The translations under genes were made by a program, and so were the position numbers. From the NCBI RefSeq assembly GCF_028368995.1, contig NZ_JAQNDL010000003.1:2656001-2720000 (forward strand): DNA of 64,000 nt, read 5' to 3'. How positions within the stretch are numbered: position 1 is the first letter of the stretch; each line of letters starts with the position of its first letter. The notes beneath the pieces were generated by a model. That model was not told where the DNA came from. It did no database searches and saw only the letters and a program-made list of their open reading frames with translations. Shown here piece by piece: positions 26,205 to 35,095 of the stretch. The stretch comes from Nannocystis bainbridge. Its GTDB lineage: Bacteria > Myxococcota_A > Polyangia > Nannocystales > Nannocystaceae.

Positions 26205-27641
26205 ATGACGACCCGCGACGACCCCGCGCGACGAGAAGGACGCTCCGCAAGTGTGGTGTCGTCGCGTGACAACGGTTCGCGTTGGACGCTGGTGATCGTC
26301 GGCCTCGCCTTGCTCGTGGGAGTCGCGACCACGGCGGCGGACGAACATCGTTTGACCGTCGTCGTGATCGGCGCGCTCCTCCTCGGGGGGCACCTCGCGG
26401 CGACGGTGTACCTGGGGCATGGCGAGGTTTCACGGGTTCGCATCGGGGCGTCGCTCTGGACAGTGATCGTCGGCGCCCTGGCGATCGCCGCGCCGAGCGT
26501 CGCTGGCGCGTCGACGCCGTTTTGGTGTTTGCTGCTCCCAGTGGTCGTCGTCTCCGTGCACGCCACCAGCGCCGCTACGGGGATCACCGCCACCGCGCTC
26601 GGGGCGGCCGCGGGTGCGGGCCTCTTCATCGCGGGCGCAGGATCGATCGCGTGGTTGGCGGCCGCCGCGATCGCCGGGGTCGGTCTGCTCGCGGCTGCCG
26701 AGCAGCGCCGCGGTCAGGTGCGGGACGACGACCTCCGGCGCCGCGAGGGCGAGCTCGCCGGCGTGCGGGCCGAGTTGCGAGATCTCCGGAGCCAGCACGT
26801 CGCCGGCGCCGAGGGGCGGCTCGTCGCCTTGACCCGCGCCAACCAGGCCCTGCAGTCCGAGGTCGAGCGCGGGCGGCGGGTCCTCGAGGAGGCGCTCGAC
26901 GCCAGTCGGACCAAGACCTCCTTCCTCCTCAAGATCAGCCACGAGCTGCGCACCCCGCTCAACGCGATCGTCGGTTACACCGAGCTGCTGCTCGAGCACC
27001 CGGAGGAGGCCGAGGCGGCCGAGCTCAAGGCCGACCTCACGCGGATCCTCGGGGCCGCGCACGAGCTGCTGGCGCTGATCGACAGCGTGCTCGACCTGGC
27101 CCGGCTCGAGGCCGGCAAGTTCGAGCTGCACATCGAAGAGTTCCCGCTGCTCGACCTGGTCCACGAGTGCGTCGCCGCCGTCACGCCGCTGGCCGAGCGC
27201 GGGCGCAACAAGCTCAAGCTCAAGCTCTCGCGCGAGCTCGGCACCATCCGCAGCGACCGCACGCGCCTGCGGCAGGTGCTCATGCAGCTCATGGGCAACG
27301 CCTGCAAGTTCACCCACGGCGGCCTCGTCGAGCTGCGCGTCGAGCCGATGGTCACCATGACCGGCCCGGTCTACCTCCTCAGCGTGCGCGACAACGGCGT
27401 CGGCATCGAGCCGGGCTACATGCCGCGGATCTTCACCCCGTTCTCGCAGGCCGACGACTCGCCGACCCGCCGCTTCGGCGGCCTCGGCGTCGGCCTCGCG
27501 CTGTGCCGCCACTACTGCACTTTGCTCGGCGGCGACATCACCGTCGAGAGCGAGCTCGGCAAGGGCTCGGTGTTCCGCGTGCAGGTGCCGGCGTTCGTCC
27601 GCGACCCGCGCGACGCCAGCGTCCTCGTCTCGGCCTTCTGA
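26205..27641 (+). CDS. Membrane sensor histidine kinase (orphan)
   Basis: N-terminal TM helices, ISHELRTPLNAI H-box, GNACKF N-box, DNGVGI and GGLGVGL G-boxes. Confidence 0.9.
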   Translation: MTTRDDPARREGRSASVVSSRDNGSRWTLVIVGLALLVGVATTAADEHRLTVVVIGALLLGGHLAATVYLGHGEVSRVRIGASLWTVIVGALAIAAPSVAGASTPFWCLLLPVVVVSVHATSAATGITATALGAAAGAGLFIAGAGSIAWLAAAAIAGVGLLAAAEQRRGQVRDDDLRRREGELAGVRAELRDLRSQHVAGAEGRLVALTRANQALQSEVERGRRVLEEALDASRTKTSFLLKISHELRTPLNAIVGYTELLLEHPEEAEAAELKADLTRILGAAHELLALIDSVLDLARLEAGKFELHIEEFPLLDLVHECVAAVTPLAERGRNKLKLKLSRELGTIRSDRTRLRQVLMQLMGNACKFTHGGLVELRVEPMVTMTGPVYLLSVRDNGVGIEPGYMPRIFTPFSQADDSPTRRFGGLGVGLALCRHYCTLLGGDITVESELGKGSVFRVQVPAFVRDPRDASVLVSAF

Positions 27642-27655
27642 GGCCCCGTCTCACC

Positions 27656-27697
27656 TGCACTTCCGGGCATGTCCTGGGGGACATGCCCTTCGGGACA
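27656..27697. repeat. Phased 3 x 14-bp array between convergent genes
   Basis: TGCACTTCCGGGCA|TGTCCTGGGGGACA|TGCCCTTCGGGACA. Confidence 0.85.
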
Positions 27698-27703
27698 TCG
27701 ACC

Positions 27704-29452
27704 TCACGGCGCGAACACGGCCACGAAGCCGTCGTAGAGGCCCTTGCTCATCACTGGCCCGGCGCCGAAGTCGACCGCGCCGTAGAAGCCGCCCACCAGC
27801 GCCGTCGTGCCGTCGGGGCGGAGGTCGACCCCGTTGCCCTCCTGCTCCATCGCGTCGCCGAGGCCCTTGCTCCACACGTGGCTGCCGGCCGACGTGTACT
27901 TGACGGCGAACGCATCGCGCATCCCGGCCCACGGCAGCACCCCGCCGCCGAAGTCGGTGTCGCTGTAGAAGTGGCCGGCGATCACCAGCGTCCCGCTGGC
28001 GTCGACCGCCAGGTGGGCCGGCCGCACGATGCCGTCGCCGAGCAGCTTCGACCACGCGTGCGCCCCGTCCTCGGCCGCGAACTGGGCCACGAAGCCGCGG
28101 TACATCGGCGCCTCGAGCGGCCCCCCGCCGAAGTCGAGCGACCCGACGAAGTGCCCCGACGTCGTCACCCGGCCCTGTGGGTCGACCGCGATCGCCGACA
28201 GCTTCTGCTCCTTCGGATCGCCCCACGACGCCGCCCACAGCGCCTGGCCCTCGGCGTCGAGCTTGGCCAGGAACACGTCGCTGCTGCCCGCGCTGACCAG
28301 CGGCCCGTTGCCGGGGTCGATCGTGCCCTGGAACGAGCCGCCGACGTACACATTGCCGCCCGCGTCGACCGCCACCGCTCGCGCCTCCTGCTCGGTGTCG
28401 TCGCCGAAGTACACGCTCCACGCGTGCTCGCCCTCGGGCGTGAACTTGGCGACGAACACGTCGATCGAGTCGCCCTGCCCCACCATCTCTCCGCCGCCGA
28501 CGTCGAGCGACAGCTGGAATTGACCGACCAGCGCGATCTCCCCCGTCGCATCGATCGCCAGGTCGCGCGGGATCGCCGTGCCCATCGACGGGAACGACTT
28601 GCTCCACACGTGCTCACCTGCCGCCGACAGCTTGGCCAGGAAGATGTCGCGGTCGCCTGCCGCCGCCAGCGGCTCGCCGCCGAGATCGACCGAGCCGGTG
28701 AAATCACCGGTGATCACGACTTCGTCGTTCGGATCGACCGCCACGCCCCAGCCGTCGCCGAGCTGGGGCGCCGCGTCGCCGAAGCGCTGGCTCCACACGT
28801 GCGCCCCGTCGGCCGCGAACTTGGCGAGGTAGACATCCGAGCTGCCCGCGCTCGCCAGCGGCCCGCCGCCGAAGTCCGACGTCCCCGCGCCCTGCGTCAG
28901 CACGATCACCGCCCCCGTCGAGTCGAACGCCACCGCCACCGCCCGCTGGTCGCTCGGATCGCCCCACTGCGCGTGCCACTGGACCGCCCCGTCGCCCGCG
29001 CACGGATCGACCCCGTCGCAGTCGTCGTCACCGGGCGACTCGCAGGTCTCGGGCGCCGGCATCACGTCGCCGACGCACGCCCCCCACTCGCCGGCCTCGC
29101 AGGCCGCCACGCCCGCGACGCAGTTGCCCACCCCGGCGTGGATCGGGTCGCCGCTGTAACAGCTGTCCTCCTCGCCCGGCTGGCAGGTCGCCGTCTCGGT
29201 CGTGCTGGCTGTCCCTTCGGTCAGGCTCTCCATCGTCGTCGGCGTCGTCGTCGTCGTCGGCGACGAATCCGTCGTCGTCGCCACCGTCGCGCTGTCGCCC
29301 GTGCCGAGCGTCTCGCTCGCGCCGGTCGTCTCGCCGCTCGTGGTCGAGTCGGTCGTCGTGTCTGCGGTGTCGGTCGCGGCCTGTTCGGTGGCGGCGTCGT
29401 CGGTGCCGCAGGCGAGGGCGAGGGCGCAGAGGAGCGGGGCGGAGCGTCGCAT
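27704..29452 (-). CDS. Lipoprotein with Thr-rich linker, Cys-rich module and beta-propeller repeats
   Basis: Lipobox ALAC; repeated AVDxxG.V.V.G.F.G.xDFGGG...D.F.AKxxxxG.HxWS units. Confidence 0.82.
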   Translation of the reverse strand: MRRSAPLLCALALACGTDDAATEQAATDTADTTTDSTTSGETTGASETLGTGDSATVATTTDSSPTTTTTPTTMESLTEGTASTTETATCQPGEEDSCYSGDPIHAGVGNCVAGVAACEAGEWGACVGDVMPAPETCESPGDDDCDGVDPCAGDGAVQWHAQWGDPSDQRAVAVAFDSTGAVIVLTQGAGTSDFGGGPLASAGSSDVYLAKFAADGAHVWSQRFGDAAPQLGDGWGVAVDPNDEVVITGDFTGSVDLGGEPLAAAGDRDIFLAKLSAAGEHVWSKSFPSMGTAIPRDLAIDATGEIALVGQFQLSLDVGGGEMVGQGDSIDVFVAKFTPEGEHAWSVYFGDDTEQEARAVAVDAGGNVYVGGSFQGTIDPGNGPLVSAGSSDVFLAKLDAEGQALWAASWGDPKEQKLSAIAVDPQGRVTTSGHFVGSLDFGGGPLEAPMYRGFVAQFAAEDGAHAWSKLLGDGIVRPAHLAVDASGTLVIAGHFYSDTDFGGGVLPWAGMRDAFAVKYTSAGSHVWSKGLGDAMEQEGNGVDLRPDGTTALVGGFYGAVDFGAGPVMSKGLYDGFVAVFAP

Positions 29453-29550
29453 CGCCGGCTCATACCACACGCGCGGCGGCGCTTCGCGGGGCGCGTCTGC
29501 GGAGGGCGCCGGGTCCCGCCATTCAGAGCGTTTTCGCACGTCGCATCATA

Positions 29551-30468
29551 CTATCGCCGCCGGCGATTCATTGCATACGCGATACCTGCCTTGAGCGACC
29601 CCAGGCTGACGATCGATCCGAGGTCGGCCCCGAGGCTCACCAGCGTCGCCGCCAGCCCCGGGCGGATCCCCGTCAGCACCGCCTCGGCGCCCAGCAGCGC
29701 CGCGCTACGGGCGGCCCGGAGCAGCGCATCGGCCGTCTGCGCGTCGATCTCCGACACGCCTGTAATGTCGAGGATCACCGTGCGCGCCCGCGTCGTCGCC
29801 ACCCCGTCGAGCAGCGTCTGCAGCACCCGCTCGACCCGGCGGGGGTCGAGCGCGCCGATCAGCGGCATCACCACCGTCTCCTCGTCGATCGGGATCAGCG
29901 GGGTCGACAGCGCCAGCAGGGCCTCGTCCTGGGCGCGGATCACCTCCTCGCGCATGCGCATCTCGACCCGCTGGCCCTCCGCCTGCTTGATGTCGGTCTC
30001 GTCCATCGTCACCCCGCGCAGCCCGATCGGCGTCCCGTCGTCGCTGCGGATCAGCGACATCCGGCTCGTGACCCACAATGTGCGGCCGTCGCGGGTGACC
30101 CAGCGGTACGACGATTCGCCGGTGCCGTCCTTGAAGATCGCGTGCGCCTGGCCCAGCGCCTGCTCGCGATCCTCGGGGTGGATCAGCTCGACCCAAAAGT
30201 TGGGCTGCTTCCATTCATCGACCGAATAGCCCGACATCGCATGGATGCGATCGCTGACCCAATCGACGGTCATGCGCTGCGGTGATTGTTCGAAGTAGCT
30301 CTCCCACAGGATGCCCGGGATGTGGGCGACCAGCCCCTCGAGCCGCTCGCGCAGCAGCCGTTCGTAGAGCGCGAGCTGGTGGTTCGCGTGCTCGAGCTCG
30401 GCCACGCGGGCCTGCGCTGCGCCCAGGGCGGCCCGCAGCGCCTCGACTTCGTCCTGTCGTTCCGTCAC
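29551..30468 (-). CDS. RsbR-like PAS-STAS protein
   Basis: Coiled coil, PAS (LIHPEDR) and STAS (LSTPLIPI, MPLIGALD, ILDITGV, LTGIRP). Confidence 0.88.
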   Translation of the reverse strand: MTERQDEVEALRAALGAAQARVAELEHANHQLALYERLLRERLEGLVAHIPGILWESYFEQSPQRMTVDWVSDRIHAMSGYSVDEWKQPNFWVELIHPEDREQALGQAHAIFKDGTGESSYRWVTRDGRTLWVTSRMSLIRSDDGTPIGLRGVTMDETDIKQAEGQRVEMRMREEVIRAQDEALLALSTPLIPIDEETVVMPLIGALDPRRVERVLQTLLDGVATTRARTVILDITGVSEIDAQTADALLRAARSAALLGAEAVLTGIRPGLAATLVSLGADLGSIVSLGSLKAGIAYAMNRRRR

Positions 30469-30729
30469 GGCCACGCAGTCTATCAAGGCGGGGGCCTCGC
30501 CATCGCCGCCGATCGCCGTTCTCCTGCCACCGGGGCGGCGACCCGTCCTGGAGCACCGCCGGCTGCCGCGATTTCGTTGCCGTGGCGGGTACCGACAATC
30601 GCCGCCTTGGGGCGAAAAACCGAGACAAGTCTCACACATTTTCGACCGCAGCCTTCCCATTCTCTGCGGCCCCGCGGCGATAATGCGCTGCCGTCGCCGG
30701 CAGGGGCTGGCGGTGGGAAAGGCCGCCTC

Positions 30730-32610
30730 GTGCTCTCGATCGCCGTTCTCGCGCTCGCCTCGACCTCGCTGGCGTCCGACCCTCCGACCTGGGTGTTCTT
30801 CGCCGACAAACAGGTCACCGCCGGTGAATTGCAGCCCGCGCTCGAGCGGCGCGCCGAGCAGCTCGCGCCGCGAGCGCTGCGCCGGCGAATGCGGGTCCGC
30901 GGCGACCGTGGCGTCGACGTCCGCGATCTCCCGCTCGCCTCCCCGTACCTGCAGGCCGTCGTCGCCACCGGCGTGCAGATCCGTGCCACCTCGCGCTGGC
31001 TCAACGCCGTCAGCGTCGACGCCGACGCCGCCCAGCGGGCCGCGATCGCCGGCTTGCCGTTCGTCGCCGGCATGCGCCCCGTCGCGCGCACGCGCGGCCA
31101 CGATCACGCCCCGGCCTGGACCGAACAGTCGCCGGCCTCCGCGGCCTACGGCGTCGCCGAGACCCAGCTCGCCCTGCTCGGCGTCCCGGCCCTGCACGCG
31201 TGTGGCCTGACCGGCGCCGGCGTGGTGATCGGCGTGCAGGACAGCGGCTTCTCGCTGCAGCACGCCGCCTTCGCCGGTCTGCACGTGCTGGCCGCCCGCG
31301 ATTTCGTGCAGGGCGACGACGAGGTCGCCGACCAGCCGGGCGACGACGAGGGCCAGGATCGCCACGGCACCGTCGTGCTGTCGCTGCTGGCCGGCGACGA
31401 CGGCGACGCCTTCTCCGGCGTCGCCCCGGGCGCCTCGGTCATCCTCAGCAAGACCGAGCGCATCGGCGAGGAGCAGCCCTACGAGGAAGATCTTTACGTC
31501 GCCGGCCTCGAGTGGATCGAGGGCATGGGCGCCGACCTGTTCACCGCCTCGCTCGGCTACTACGAATGGTACGAGCACCCGCAATACGACGGCAAGACCG
31601 CCGTCGTCTCGCAGGCCGCCGCGGTGGCGCTCGCCAACGGCCTCGTCATGTTCACCGCCAACGGCAACGAGGGCCCCGAGCCGGGCACGCTGATCGCCCC
31701 GGCCGACGTCGACGGCATCATCGCGCTCGGGGCCACCGACCTCGAGGGCCAGGTCGCCGGCTTCTCCTCGCGCGGTCCCACCAGCGACGGCCGGATCAAG
31801 CCCGACCTGCTGGCTCCGGGTCAGGGCGTATGGATGGTCCAGCCGGGTACCGACAATGAATATACCCAGGGCAACGGCACCAGCCTCGCCACCCCGCTGG
31901 CCGCTGGCGTCGGCGCATTGCTGCTCGAGGCCTACCCCGAGCTCACCCCGGCCCAGATGCTGGCGCTGCTGCGCGCCACCGCCTCGCAACCCGACGCGCC
32001 CGACAACGACCGCGGCTGGGGCATGATCGGCGGCCCCGCGGCTGCCGGCCTCCATTGCACCTGCACCGACGGCGACCGCGATGGTCACTACGCGGTCGCT
32101 TGCGGCGGCGACGACTGCGACGACGCCGACCCGGCGCGCCACCCCGGGGCCGCCGAGGTGTGTGACGGTCGCGACAATGACTGCGACGGCGACCTCCCGG
32201 CCGACGAGGTCGACGGCGACGGCGACGGCGTGCGCGTCTGCGCCGGCGATTGCGACGACGCCGATCCATCGCGCTGGCCGGGCGCCGTCGAGGACCCCGA
32301 CGATTGCATCGACAACGACTGCGACGGCGACGGCGGCCTCGCCTGCGCCCCGACCACCGGCGCCCAGACCTCGAGCGGAGGCAGCGGCACCGGCGAGCAC
32401 GAGCCCACCACCACGAACACGACGTCGGGCACCACCGATGCCGACGCCACGGGCCTGACCGACGGGGCCAGCGACAGCGGCGGGGCCGTCGAGGGCGCGG
32501 GTTGCGGCTGCAGCACCGGCGGTCCTGCGGCCCCGCTGGGCCTGCTTCTCGGCCTCGTCGGCATGAGGCGGCGGCGGTCGCGTTCTCGGGTATCCTCGCC
32601 CCCGCAGTGA
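30730..32610 (+). CDS. S8 subtilisin-like serine peptidase with Cys/Asp-rich metal-binding repeats and MYXO-CTERM
   Basis: Catalytic QDSG, HGT and GTSLATP motifs; DCDD..P...PGA.E.CDG.DNDCDG repeats; GCGC-TM-RRRR tail. Confidence 0.9.
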   Translation: MLSIAVLALASTSLASDPPTWVFFADKQVTAGELQPALERRAEQLAPRALRRRMRVRGDRGVDVRDLPLASPYLQAVVATGVQIRATSRWLNAVSVDADAAQRAAIAGLPFVAGMRPVARTRGHDHAPAWTEQSPASAAYGVAETQLALLGVPALHACGLTGAGVVIGVQDSGFSLQHAAFAGLHVLAARDFVQGDDEVADQPGDDEGQDRHGTVVLSLLAGDDGDAFSGVAPGASVILSKTERIGEEQPYEEDLYVAGLEWIEGMGADLFTASLGYYEWYEHPQYDGKTAVVSQAAAVALANGLVMFTANGNEGPEPGTLIAPADVDGIIALGATDLEGQVAGFSSRGPTSDGRIKPDLLAPGQGVWMVQPGTDNEYTQGNGTSLATPLAAGVGALLLEAYPELTPAQMLALLRATASQPDAPDNDRGWGMIGGPAAAGLHCTCTDGDRDGHYAVACGGDDCDDADPARHPGAAEVCDGRDNDCDGDLPADEVDGDGDGVRVCAGDCDDADPSRWPGAVEDPDDCIDNDCDGDGGLACAPTTGAQTSSGGSGTGEHEPTTTNTTSGTTDADATGLTDGASDSGGAVEGAGCGCSTGGPAAPLGLLLGLVGMRRRRSRSRVSSPPQ

Positions 32611-33686
32611 AGCGCGCAGCGACAATCCGGACCCTGGCCGCCATGGCGGCGCTCCTCCTCGCCTGCCAGACCTTCGGCCCGCGCTCGCTCCGCTACGGCC
32701 GCGGCACCTACAACACCGCGATTCAGCAGACCAACAGCGAGCAGCTGCTGCTCAACCTGGTCCGCCTGCGCTACCGCGACGCCCCGCTGTTCCTCGAGGT
32801 CACCAGCATCTCCAGCAGCCTCTCGCTCGAGCTCGGCGCCGCCGTCGGCGGCAATGTCGGCACCGTCGGCAGATCGGTCGCCCCCGGCACCGCCGTCACC
32901 TATATCGAGCGCCCGACCATCACCTACGCCCCGCTGCAGGGCTCGCGCTTCGGCACTCAGTTCCTGAGCCCCATTCAGCTGAGCGACATCCTCCTGCTCT
33001 ACCACGCCGGCTGGGCCATCGATCGCATCTTCCGCGTGTTCGTGCAGAAGCTCGGGCCGCTGCAGAACGCCCCGCGCGCGTCCGGCCCGACCCCCTCGCA
33101 CGCGCCCGAGTACGAGGCCTTCTTCACCGCCACCGAGTTGATGCGCTCCTTGTGGGTCGACGGCCTGGTCGACCTCAACTACCTGCCCAGCGTCGCCGGC
33201 GACGCCCTCACCCTGACCTTCACCCGCCGCCCCGACGCCGAGGGGCGGGTCGCCCGGCTGTGCGCGCTGTTCGGCCTGGCCGAGCCCCGCTACACGATCA
33301 CCCTCACCGAGTCCCCGCGCCCGGGCGAGGGGGCGGTGCTGCTGGTCCCGCGCTCGCTGCTCGGCGGCATGTACTACGTCTCGCACGGGGTCGAGGTCCC
33401 GGCCGAGGATTACGCCGTCGGCCGCGTGCCGGTCACCCGCGACGCCAAGGGCGCCGTGTTCGACTGGGCCCGCCTCACAGGCACGCTGATGCGCGTCCGC
33501 CACGGCACGCAGGAGCCCAAGAACGCCTACGTCTCGGTGTACTACCGCGGCCTGTGGTTCTGGATCGCCGACAACGACCTCGACTCCAAGTCGACGTTCT
33601 CCTTCATCGCCCAGGTGCTCGAGCTGCAGTCGGGCGAGATCAAGGGCGCCGCCCCGTTGCTGACCCTGCCGATCGCCGCCGAGTGA
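32607..33686 (+). CDS. Conserved hypothetical lipoprotein
   Basis: GTGA overlap with the peptidase stop; LLAC lipobox; EQLLLNLVRLRY.D.P.FL, PTITYAPLQG and WFWIADND..SK.TF. Confidence 0.78.
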   Translation: MKRAATIRTLAAMAALLLACQTFGPRSLRYGRGTYNTAIQQTNSEQLLLNLVRLRYRDAPLFLEVTSISSSLSLELGAAVGGNVGTVGRSVAPGTAVTYIERPTITYAPLQGSRFGTQFLSPIQLSDILLLYHAGWAIDRIFRVFVQKLGPLQNAPRASGPTPSHAPEYEAFFTATELMRSLWVDGLVDLNYLPSVAGDALTLTFTRRPDAEGRVARLCALFGLAEPRYTITLTESPRPGEGAVLLVPRSLLGGMYYVSHGVEVPAEDYAVGRVPVTRDAKGAVFDWARLTGTLMRVRHGTQEPKNAYVSVYYRGLWFWIADNDLDSKSTFSFIAQVLELQSGEIKGAAPLLTLPIAAE

Positions 33687-33704
33687 TTCTTTTATCGAGG
33701 CCGC

Positions 33705-33807
33705 GCCCGGAGCTGTCCTCCGGGACATGTTATTTCGCGACTGCGCCCGGAGCTGTCCTCCGGGACATGTGAGACGGCCGTGCCCGGAGCTGTCCTCCGG
33801 GACACGT
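33705..33807. repeat. Three direct repeats GCCCGGAGCTGTCCTCCGGGACA containing the 14-bp palindrome
   Basis: Identical 23-bp units start at 33705, 33745 and 33782. Confidence 0.9.
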
Positions 33808-33816
33808 GATTTCGCC

Positions 33817-35091
33817 TCAGGCGACGAACGCCGCCAGGCGATCGATCGCCGTCAGCACCCGCGGCGCGTGCCGGCGCAGCCACGCCTCGTCGATCGTCGC
33901 CGCCGGGTCGTGGCCGGCCAGCGCCGCCGCCCCGTCGAAATCGACGTAGGCCAGGCGCGCCGTCCAGTCGCCGAACGGCCGGCCGAAGTCGCTGCCCGGG
34001 AGAATGGCCACACCTGTCTCTTCGAGCAGGCGCTCGCACAGCGCCTCGCCGCCGGCGATCCCGCGCCGGCGCAGCGCGTCGGCCTGGCCGGAGAAGTCTG
34101 GGAACAGGTAGAACCCGCCCTGCGGAGCCGCGCAGGCGACCCCGCCGGCGAGCAAGCGCCGGTGGCACCAGCCGCCGAGCGCCTTCAAGATCGCCTGCTC
34201 GTGGGCCACGTAGGCGGCGATGTCCGGGCCGAATCCGAACGCGGTCACCGCGGCGCACTGGATCGGCGCGCTGGTCGAGGTGTACGTCTCGCTGGCGACC
34301 GCGATCATCGCCTGCTGCAGCCACTGCAGCTCGCGCGGGAACAGGAACGTGCCGAGGCGCCAACCGCCGGCCCCGCACCACTTGCTGAGGCCCGAGCTGA
34401 TGATCGTGCCCTCGGGGTAGAAGCGGGCGATCGACGTGTGAGCGCCGTCGTGGTGCAGCTCGCCGTAGATCTCGTCGGACACCACCAGCACCTCGTGCGC
34501 GCGCAGGACCTCGGCCAGCGCCGCCAGCTCGTCGGCGTCGTAGGTCTGCCCGGTCGGGTTCGACGGGTAGTTGAGGATCAGCACCCGCGGGCGCCCGGCG
34601 TCGCGCCGGCACAGCCCGTCGACGTCGGCCGGCGTCAGCTTCCAGCCGTTGTCGGCCCGCGTCGGCAGCCACACCACCTGCCGGCCGATGATGCGCGCCT
34701 GCGGCGAGTACGACACCCACGCCGGCGACGGCAGCACCAGGTCGCCGTAGAACGCCAGCTGGGTGATGAACATCAGCTCCTTGCTGCCGGGGGCGACCAG
34801 CACGTGATCGCCGCTGTACTCGCGCTCGCCGGCGACCCCGCGCTGATGGTAGGCCGCGACCGCCTCGCGCAGCGCCGGCAGCCCGCGCACCGGCATGTAC
34901 TCCTTGCGCGTCGCGTGGGCCCGCAGCGCCTCGACCACGCTGTCCGGCACCGGGAACGGCGACTGGCCGAGCCCGAGCTTGAACACCTCGCGTCCGGCGG
35001 CGAGGAGGTCGTTGCTGCGCTCGTTGATCGCCACCGTGGCCGACGGCGACAGGCCGCGGACCTGGAGGTTGAGGCTGGCTCGGCCGTGCAT
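33817..35091 (-). CDS. PLP-dependent aminotransferase class I/II
   Basis: GLGQSPF, NYPSNPTG, SDEIY and LSKWCGAGGWRLG motifs. Confidence 0.92.
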   Translation of the reverse strand: MHGRASLNLQVRGLSPSATVAINERSNDLLAAGREVFKLGLGQSPFPVPDSVVEALRAHATRKEYMPVRGLPALREAVAAYHQRGVAGEREYSGDHVLVAPGSKELMFITQLAFYGDLVLPSPAWVSYSPQARIIGRQVVWLPTRADNGWKLTPADVDGLCRRDAGRPRVLILNYPSNPTGQTYDADELAALAEVLRAHEVLVVSDEIYGELHHDGAHTSIARFYPEGTIISSGLSKWCGAGGWRLGTFLFPRELQWLQQAMIAVASETYTSTSAPIQCAAVTAFGFGPDIAAYVAHEQAILKALGGWCHRRLLAGGVACAAPQGGFYLFPDFSGQADALRRRGIAGGEALCERLLEETGVAILPGSDFGRPFGDWTARLAYVDFDGAAALAGHDPAATIDEAWLRRHAPRVLTAIDRLAAFVA

Positions 35092-35095
35092 TCGA

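Noticed and set aside
26282-30229. Very long alternative-frame ORFs (for example 26282-30229, 7958-10306, 19999-22356, 57796-60315)
   Set aside because: These are Arg/Ala/Gly-rich shadow frames overlapping well-supported genes, as expected at this GC content.
29551-32625. 1024-aa ORF as a single large sensor
   Set aside because: Only the last ~305 aa (PAS-STAS) are credible; the rest is antisense to the S8 peptidase.
33705-33807. Mini CRISPR array
   Set aside because: Only three repeats with spacers of 14-17 bp and no cas genes; the repeat is the dispersed palindrome family.
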